Origin: an uncultured bacterium
GTDB lineage: Bacteria; Planctomycetota; UBA1135; GCA-002686595
Reading direction: 5' to 3'
Length of the DNA: 64,000 bases
Assembly (NCBI GenBank): GCA_943787795.1
Contig: CALSNU010000006.1
Span: 160,001 to 224,000 of the forward strand
Positions 29,491 through 36,889 of the stretch are shown piece after piece. Under the pieces are notes generated by a model. It was not told the origin of the DNA and did not search any database. It saw only the letters and a list, made by a program, of their open reading frames with translations. Numbering within the stretch: the stretch's first letter is position 1; the number at the start of each line of letters is the position of its first letter. A program made the translations under genes and the position numbers.

Positions 29491-29593
29491 AAGAGAAGAA
29501 GAAGGCTAAGAAGCTCAACGCTTCACCTGCCTCCAGGCAGGCCAGCACGGCGTATTGCGCACTGAGCAAGGGCATCGAGATGTGCTACGGTCA

Positions 29594-30364
29594 CTAGAGT
29601 GGCGGGTCGACGCTGAACGACTCGACGACCAGCGTCTGTCCTCGGCGACAAAGAACGTCGATCATCGGGAGGACTCCATCGGGGACTTCCTTCGTGAACA
29701 GGACCACGATCTGGCCAGACGAACTTGGTTCGATCGACGGAGGGGATTGCACGACCTCAATGCAGTCGCAACTCTCCGAGACTTCGACCAAGGTGATCGG
29801 ATCCTCTGTGGGGTTCCAAATAGACATGACCGCTTGGTGTGCATTCACTTCGCGGTGCAGCACGACAAGCCGAGAGCCGTCTCCGGGACCACTCAGACCG
29901 ACGCAGACGCCGATGGCGATTGATGTGATTCCGATCGAAGCATCGAGCGACGCGAGTGCGCCGAGTCGTATTCTCCCGACGACCGCGCCCACGAGCGACA
30001 CACCTAGCACGGCCGACCAGACTGCCCAAATGAGGCCAGGGCTCGCGCCGATCACGCCGAGGCAGCCACAGTCCGGCCCGAGGTCACGGCGGATCAGCAG
30101 AGTACCGATGCACCACCCCGCCAGAGAGAGCGCGTTCAGTCTTGACGTGGTGCCGCGGAGCAGAAGCCAGGCGGCTGCCGCCTCGCCGAAGATCGACAGC
30201 TCGTGGAGCCGCCAAGCGAATCCTCCGGCAGCCAGGAGCCGGCCGCTCGGGTTCCGGTCCGCGAGCGTCGCGAAGACCACGGTGGCGAACAACGCACCGA
30301 GCAAGATGCGGAGGCCTCGGAGTCCGCGGGTGAGCCCAGTCTCTTCCTGCTGCATCGGCGTCAC
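29594..30364 (-). CDS. MauE/DoxX-like membrane domain fused to a DUF1573-like Ig domain
   Basis: TM segments with EAAAAWLLL and GPDCGCLG (MauE CGCxG); C-terminal IWNPTEDPITLVEVSESCDC...IEPSSSGQI; GTG start overlaps the upstream TGA. Confidence 0.7.
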   Translation of the reverse strand: MTPMQQEETGLTRGLRGLRILLGALFATVVFATLADRNPSGRLLAAGGFAWRLHELSIFGEAAAAWLLLRGTTSRLNALSLAGWCIGTLLIRRDLGPDCGCLGVIGASPGLIWAVWSAVLGVSLVGAVVGRIRLGALASLDASIGITSIAIGVCVGLSGPGDGSRLVVLHREVNAHQAVMSIWNPTEDPITLVEVSESCDCIEVVQSPPSIEPSSSGQIVVLFTKEVPDGVLPMIDVLCRRGQTLVVESFSVDPPL

Positions 30365-31401
30365 CTGGAGACGAAATGGACAGGGATGACTATCGCGGCG
30401 CCCGTCGAGCGAACGATGACCTGCCCGATCCCGGGCCCGGTGAAGCCCCTGGGAACGGACAGTGATAGGGTATACGAGTTGCTGTCCGGCTCTCTCGGTT
30501 CGATCGAGACGGCAGTGAACACATCTCCGATCTGATCGACGCTGGTTCCCCTCCAGCTCGGATCGCTTGAAGTGATCCGCACCTCCGTACTCGCGACACG
30601 CAGGGAGTCGATGAAGCCGAGGGAGAGGGCGTCCGGGTGGACGGTGAATTCTGCGCTCTTCCGAAGGACGATGGTGCGAAGTAGAAACCGCGGAGTCCCC
30701 ACCGATTCACTCTCGACGAACGTGTCGAAGTGGAACTTGCCGAAGGGCGTGGTGACCGGGTCGAACGTCGGAGTCAGCAACAGATTCCGGCCGTGGGCCT
30801 CGACGTCCCACGACACGAACTCGGTAGTGCAGCTGACGGCGACCGAGTCCATCGATATCCCCTCGTCAGCCCGCAGCGTTACCGGAAGGCCCGCGTAGCT
30901 CGCTCCCTCACCGAGCTCGATCGTCACGGGGTTGGCCCGTGTCGACCATGCGCTTCGTACATCGAAACGAACTTTGCCGACTCGAAGGAGTGAACGGTCG
31001 TCGTTGAGTTCTGCGAATATCGTGCTCTCTCGTTTACCCGGTGCACCTGTGTCCAACTCGCAATCCACGCTGAAGCGCTGTCCCGACCCGACGGTCCGTT
31101 GGCTGCTCGACGCCTCCACGCACCCGCAACTCGTCCAGATTCGCTTGATCTGGAGCGCCCCACCGGACCGATACTCGAAGTCGAACGACGCACGCGCGAC
31201 CGATCCACGTTCGACGGAACCCAAGTCGATGACCTGCTCCGAGAGGCGAACAACCCCGATATCCTGTTCCACCAACGGGCTTGCCGTCGTCGGCAGCGCG
31301 TCTACCGAGAGCGCCAGGAGCCCCATTCCTCCCGCCAGGCAGAAGAGCAGAGTCCCGACCGCGAATCGGACGAGCTCGCCATTTCCCTTCTTCTTGGCCA
31401 T
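30361..31401 (-). CDS. DUF1573-domain exported protein with tandem Ig-like domains
   Basis: N-terminal TM or signal, IDLGSV...LQIKRIWTSCGC...VGSGQ, then repeats starting ANPVTIELG and VHPDALSLG. Confidence 0.75.
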   Translation of the reverse strand: MAKKKGNGELVRFAVGTLLFCLAGGMGLLALSVDALPTTASPLVEQDIGVVRLSEQVIDLGSVERGSVARASFDFEYRSGGALQIKRIWTSCGCVEASSSQRTVGSGQRFSVDCELDTGAPGKRESTIFAELNDDRSLLRVGKVRFDVRSAWSTRANPVTIELGEGASYAGLPVTLRADEGISMDSVAVSCTTEFVSWDVEAHGRNLLLTPTFDPVTTPFGKFHFDTFVESESVGTPRFLLRTIVLRKSAEFTVHPDALSLGFIDSLRVASTEVRITSSDPSWRGTSVDQIGDVFTAVSIEPREPDSNSYTLSLSVPRGFTGPGIGQVIVRSTGAAIVIPVHFVSR

Positions 31402-31410
31402 GGCTTGGCG

Positions 31411-32769
31411 TCAGGACTTCCGGAATACGACGACGAATGCAATTCCGGCAAAGACGACACCCAAGAGGGCCAAGGGCCACCTACGTCCTCCGTTGCTAGT
31501 GCCCGGGCGAGCGCCCGTTTCGGCATCCAGCGGCGAGTTGGCGCTCGCGAAAGGGGCTTCGGAAACGCTCTCGCCGGAATCCACTCGTGCGGGCATCGGG
31601 TGCAAATCTCGTTCCACCGCTGCCTCTGCGGCGATCGACGCGATCCGCTGATCGTCGACGGGGATCAGTCCCTCGACGTACTCGATCGCGGGGTCGACGC
31701 GTTTGTCGATGACCCTCGAGCCCGGCCGAATCAGGATGCTCCGGGGGCGAGGCTCGCCGTCGGTCTCGGAGAAGGTCCCTGAGAATGAGGTCACAGAACG
31801 AAGTTGGGCACTCTCGCTCGGCCAATACGTGCGGTGCTCGACGCCCAGGGGGGCCGCACTTCCATTGGCTTCAACGAAGTCACTCGCCTTGAGCTGCTCC
31901 ACGACCTGGCCCCGGGCATTCGTCACCGTGTAACGCACGAGGCCCCCGTGACGTGCATCGAGCACGGCTTCGAACCTCCCCGACACGAGGCAGAGTGGGG
32001 GGCGCGCGATGTCGGGCCAGGGCCCCTGTGGCGAGCTCACGTCTGCGACCGCCACGATCGTCGAGCTTGAGGAGTCGCTCGTGACGTTCCAGATCCGGGG
32101 CTGATTCTCGAAGCTATGCGCTAGGAAGCTGACCGACTTGTAGTAGGTCTGCCAGTAGGGGGCTGGGACCATTCGAACGACCGTGTCCTCGGAGGTGAGT
32201 CCGATCGTCGCCGAAAGGGTAGCGGGGATCTCCCGCGCCTCGTCTGCTGCGGTTGTGAGCGAGTAGATGTACTCCTGGGGCCGGACCTGCAGGTAGATGT
32301 TCGATCGAATGACCTCGTCTTCGAGCCGTTCGTCCGGATCGAAGGACTGGGAATAGTCGAATACGCCATCGTGCACCGCGAACTCGAAAGGGCCTCCGTG
32401 CGTGTGAGGTCCGGGGATCGTCTGCCGAACGAGAGTCGCGTGCTCTCCCGCTCGCTCGCGGAGGATCGCGTCGATCTTCGAACTGCTCGGCGGGTTGCCG
32501 CTGTAGAGCTTCGACCTGGACTCCACCAGGGCTTCGAACAAGTAGTCCTCGAGTCCGTTCGCGACGGCGGGCTGCATCTCGTGGAAGTACGCGGAGTACT
32601 CCATCGAGTAGCGTCCGATCGGATAGCCCTCGGTCGAGCGCCGCAGTTGCTGCGCTACGAAGACCGAATCGAGTGGCTGCGCGGCCGCGGTGGGCTCGCC
32701 TGCGGTCTGTACTCCGGCGGTCCCAACCGCCAAGAGCGCCAACTGTGCAATGCACGAAAACGAAGCCAT
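31411..32769 (-). CDS. hypothetical exported protein with a C-terminal membrane anchor
   Basis: Signal MASFSCIAQLALLAVGTAG; beta-rich body with a LolA-like-looking segment (VLDARHGGLVRYTVTNARGQVVEQ); ends RRWPLALLGVVFAGIAFVVVFRKS. Confidence 0.7.
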   Translation of the reverse strand: MASFSCIAQLALLAVGTAGVQTAGEPTAAAQPLDSVFVAQQLRRSTEGYPIGRYSMEYSAYFHEMQPAVANGLEDYLFEALVESRSKLYSGNPPSSSKIDAILRERAGEHATLVRQTIPGPHTHGGPFEFAVHDGVFDYSQSFDPDERLEDEVIRSNIYLQVRPQEYIYSLTTAADEAREIPATLSATIGLTSEDTVVRMVPAPYWQTYYKSVSFLAHSFENQPRIWNVTSDSSSSTIVAVADVSSPQGPWPDIARPPLCLVSGRFEAVLDARHGGLVRYTVTNARGQVVEQLKASDFVEANGSAAPLGVEHRTYWPSESAQLRSVTSFSGTFSETDGEPRPRSILIRPGSRVIDKRVDPAIEYVEGLIPVDDQRIASIAAEAAVERDLHPMPARVDSGESVSEAPFASANSPLDAETGARPGTSNGGRRWPLALLGVVFAGIAFVVVFRKS

Positions 32770-32915
32770 ATTATGCTCACTAGAGGTCAGTCGTGCCGAG
32801 TCGCCAACCCAGAAATTGGGAAGGGCTCCGGAGAAGCCCTTCCCGCGGGTCATTCGCGACGACTCGGCGGGCGCCGGTTCAATCAAGTTTGACTGCGCCG
32901 GGCGTCAGTACGCGG

Positions 32916-34259
32916 CTAGATCGGGTCGCAGTCAGGAACAAGCGCGTTGCCCGGCGCCGGTGAGGCTGCAAGGCTGAAGCAGCACTGGTGTCCCATCGGC
33001 GCCAGATGGGGGTCCATCGTAGCCGGGAAGAGAGCGCCGAATATGCCGCCGAGGAGCCCGCCGTGCTGCGGTGTGCACGGTTGGACCCACACGGTGACGA
33101 TGAAGCCCGCATTCGGCATGAGCCTCGCCACCACTGCGCAGTTCCCGAATCCGGAGCACGAATAGCGGTCGTATCCATGTCGGTGCTCGCCATTCGTGTC
33201 GCGATTCCGAACACAGGGTGCAGCGATTGTCGTCTTCACGCACTTGCCACAGCCCCTGCGATCGAAGTCCGCTGGAACCCCGGGGATCGTCGTGGTGTTG
33301 TTGCACTTGTCGTAGAACCCCTTGGTCGGTTCCGGGTCGAACTCGGGGGAAGCAGGGCCGTTGACACCGAGAACGTCGTTCGGAAGGTCCAACGTCTCTG
33401 CGACCTTGAAGGTCGATGCAATCCCGCCAGGGAACAAAGCGGTACTCGCTTTGACCGTGAAGGAGGTTGCGCCACCGCCCCAAGCGGTGTTGGCATAGGC
33501 GTTGAACGACCCAGTCACGACCACCGCGTGTTCACCGTTGGCGATGGTGACCGACGCCGGTAGATCGAGAGAATCCAGGATCGATGCCGGTCCCGAATAT
33601 TTAAGGGTGACGACTTCGTTGCCGACCTCGTTATCCCTAGTGACCACAAACTGCAGCGAGTCAGTCGTCCGAATGCCGTCGATCCAGGACTCGTGGGGGG
33701 GGACGATGGAGTAGCCCGGAAGTGAAGTCTGAATCGAATAGACTTCGTGATCGTCATGCCCGGTCACCGACGTATTAGTGACTGTCATCGATCCAACTGC
33801 ACCGACGTAAACGTGGAAGTCCTGAGTGTTGATCAGGATCGGATTGAGCATCATGCCCGAGTGCATGGGCACATGCGCCACAAACACCGTTGAGGTCGGA
33901 TTCGAGCTGGCCACTCGAAGGTCCGCGCGCGGAACCTCGAAGTATCGAGCGCTCCCTTCTTGATACCAGTCCACCCCATTATAGTCGAGCGCGACGGCGA
34001 CCTTGGGGGCCGTTCCTGTATCGGCGACGAAGCCGATCTCGATGTAGCCATGACTCACCGCAGAGTCGATGTTCGTGGTCCCCGAGGGATTGAGTACTTG
34101 GCCTACGCCCGTCCCGGGGGTCCAGGCAGCGCGGCTGACAGTCATTGAGCCGCCTTGGCAGGCAGGCACCGTGGCAGACGCGTTCGTTGCGAAAAACGAG
34201 CAGAGGATTGGGAGGGCGGCAACGGGCAAGAGTGCTCGCCCGAACTTAGAATGCTTCAC
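32916..34259 (-). CDS. secreted protein with a Calx-beta/Ig-like segment and a Cys-rich C-terminal domain
   Basis: Signal MKHSKFGRALLPVAALPILCSFFATNASA; FVVTR...VTLKYSGPAS...LPASVTIANG; 10 Cys in the last about 130 aa. Confidence 0.75.
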   Translation of the reverse strand: MKHSKFGRALLPVAALPILCSFFATNASATVPACQGGSMTVSRAAWTPGTGVGQVLNPSGTTNIDSAVSHGYIEIGFVADTGTAPKVAVALDYNGVDWYQEGSARYFEVPRADLRVASSNPTSTVFVAHVPMHSGMMLNPILINTQDFHVYVGAVGSMTVTNTSVTGHDDHEVYSIQTSLPGYSIVPPHESWIDGIRTTDSLQFVVTRDNEVGNEVVTLKYSGPASILDSLDLPASVTIANGEHAVVVTGSFNAYANTAWGGGATSFTVKASTALFPGGIASTFKVAETLDLPNDVLGVNGPASPEFDPEPTKGFYDKCNNTTTIPGVPADFDRRGCGKCVKTTIAAPCVRNRDTNGEHRHGYDRYSCSGFGNCAVVARLMPNAGFIVTVWVQPCTPQHGGLLGGIFGALFPATMDPHLAPMGHQCCFSLAASPAPGNALVPDCDPI

Positions 34260-34596
34260 GAAATTGAGTGGCTAGAGGGTAACGAGTAGCGCTCGTCGAT
34301 CACATACCACAGCCTACGTCTCTCAACTCCGCCTTGAGAGGACGGCTACTCCAGCCCTCAGAGGCGTGCGAGCTACAGGGGCCGAGGTGGATAAGCGATC
34401 CAAGCTGCCACTTGGCGGAGCAGCGGGTCGTGGGGGTGATTGAAGGGGAACAGAAGGGAGGGGCGAGGACCGCCCCGGCCGAGGGCCCGGCCCAGGGAGG
34501 GGCCGCTGAAGCGCTCTATGATCAAGGGTAGGGGAGAATAGCTAGCCTCGCAACGGGTGATGCGGGAAAAGTCCCCACCCTGGGCCTCGCCGCTGG

Positions 34597-35363
34597 GCTA
34601 TCGCTGACCCGCTGCCGCTCCGCCCCGCCGAGCCATGGCCCCTCACTCTCTCTTCCAGGCGGTCATGTGGCCCTCGATCTCGTCCAGGACCCAGGGCGTC
34701 TGGACCACGACCAGCTGGAGCTCCGCCGTCATGCGGATCGAGAAGGCGGGGTCCTGGTCCCAGGTGTCTCTGGCCACGTGCTGGCTGAGGTAGGCCTGGG
34801 CGAGGGACGGGCTCCGGGTCGGCGCCCCGGGCGTGGGGGCCAGCGCGGCGAGCTCCGGGTAGGCCGCCAGGGTGGCGGGATCGAACTCGCCGCCGTCCAG
34901 CGTCTCCCGGAGGTCCATCCAGAGCACCTCCTTCGCGGACGGCTCCACCTCCTCCTCGGCGAGGACGCAGACGCAGCCGCCGAGGACCTCGAAGGTGAGG
35001 CCGGCGCTCGGCCCGGGGCGGCTCAGCAGGTCACGGGCGCCGGCCGTCCAGAGCACGCCGACTCCCCGCTCCTTCCCCGCGGCGGTCAACCTCGCGGTCA
35101 GCGCGCCGGTGTCCATCCGTGCCAGTGCGCGGACCCCGCCCAGGGCGCGCACGAGGGACGCGGCGCGCCGATCTGGTCCGGAGGAGGCGCTCCTCGAGGT
35201 GCCGCCGGGTACGCCCGCGCCGGGCAGCGGGAGGCGGAAGGCCCGAAGTCGGTCGAGGAGCGCCTGGGCACGCAGCTGGGCGCGGGGCAGGTGCCGGACG
35301 AGCAGCGCGTCCGGCTCCGCGGTCACCCGGTCGCCCTGGTCCCAGCGGTGGAGGTCCCCGAGG
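34597..35363. repeat. 767-bp direct repeat, copy 2
   Basis: Matches 28724-29490; lies within the intact 3' end of the ECF sigma gene. Confidence 0.95.
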
Positions 35364-36683
35364 GCGTCGCCAAGCTCGTGGACAAGCCCGTCGGTGCCGC
35401 TGCGTGCCGTGCGATACAGCGGAGGGGGAACGGCGCCATCCTCGAAGTAGGGGACCGGGTCGAGGCGGAGGTCCTCGAGCCGGTACTCGAAGTCGACGGC
35501 GTGCTCCATGAGCTCCCCGAGGTCCGCCACCTGGACGGCGCCGTCCGCCACCTCCCACCGGGGGCGGCCCTCGGCGAGGCCGAGGGTCAGGGCGAGCCAC
35601 CGGGCGAAGCTGACCTTGGTCGGTCGAACCAGCCACCGTGGGTCGGACGGCGTGGTCGCGCGGGCGGCGCCTTTCGCGACCACGATCGGCACCGCCGCGG
35701 CGCTGGACAGGCGGGTGAGCGTCGTGCCCAGGGGCTCCCCGGGGGTCCAGGTGGGCGGTTCGACCCCGAGCGACTCGACTCGCGTCCGCAGAGCCCGCTC
35801 GGCTTCGGGCTCGTCGATCACGTAGCGGGGGATCCCCGCGCGGGCCTCCCGCACGGCGGTCCAGTACGGGTGCTCCTCGGCGAGCAGGGCGACGCGCTCC
35901 TCCGGCTGCTCCGCTGGCGCGAGGAGGCCGCGGGCCCCCATGGGGCCGAGGCCGGCGAGGGCCACCGGCCCCCGGGCGTGCCCCGAGGGCACGGCCGCGT
36001 GCGCGCCTCGATCCGCTGGACGGCCCAGGTCGGCCCACGGAGAGGGGAGCCAGCCGAGGAGGAGGCCGGCGGCCAGGGCGCCCGCGACCGCGAGGGCCGC
36101 GCCGATCCCCTGGACGGAAGCGAGGGGCAGCGCCGGGGTGGCCGCGGCCAGGGCGGAGAGCCGCCCGCGGCTCTCATCGTCCGCGCAGAGCCGGCGCTGC
36201 AGCTCCTGGTGGGCGCGATGGAGGCGCGTTCGAACGGTGCCCGGGACGACCCCGTCCACCTGCGCGATCTCGGGGACGCTCATCCCCTGGTCGTAGCGGC
36301 GCACCACCGTGCTCCGATAGGGCTCCTTCAGGCCCAGCACGGCCCGAACCACCTCGTGGCGAAGCTCCAGATCGCTAAAGGGCTGGCACTCGTCCCTCGC
36401 CCCGCTCTGCTCGTGGAAGCGGCGGCGCCGGGCCGCCCGGTCGCGGTTTCGGCTCACGCCCCGGACCGCCGCCTGCAGCCAGGGACGCAGGCCCCGCCCC
36501 TCACGGTCCCGAGAGGGGGGGCGGCCCGCCGGACGGGGCCCTCTCGAGTGCGCGGACCCAGACGTCCTGCGCCACGTCATCCGCCTCCGCGGGGTGCCGG
36601 GTCAATCGCAGGGCCAGCCGGCGGACGAAGTCCTGCTGCTGGATGAGGGCCTCGTGAAGGTCATTGGCGGTTCGCTGATGCAT
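34643..36683 (-). pseudogene. ECF sigma factor with TM helix and periplasmic extension, frameshifted in a C7 tract
   Basis: AGGAG RBS and ATG at 36683; sigma2 DFVRRLALRLTRHPAEADDVAQDVWVRAL stops at 36501; LRPWL and sigma4 (LKEPYR...EIAQVDGVVPGTVRTRLHRA) continue in another frame; removing one base from G7 at 36515-36521 joins them. Confidence 0.8.
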
Positions 36684-36889
36684 GGTCGTCTCTCCTACCC
36701 TGATCCCTCCGGCGGGTTTGCGAACGTTCCCGAGACGACCTTCTTTTCTCGGAGGCATCGCCGCGCGCCCCACTCGGCGGCCCGAAGGAGAAGCCTGAAT
36801 TGGCTATGGGATCCGGCAGTGGCTCGCCACCCCTCTTCCATGCGAGCGGGGCCCACCGCCGGAGCTCCGAGGAGCCCCGGCCGCGACCG

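Noticed and set aside
28724..35363. The 767-bp repeat pair as a diversity-generating retroelement TR/VR or a composite transposon
   Set aside because: No reverse transcriptase or transposase is present, the differences are few and not restricted to adenines, and no terminal inverted repeats are seen.
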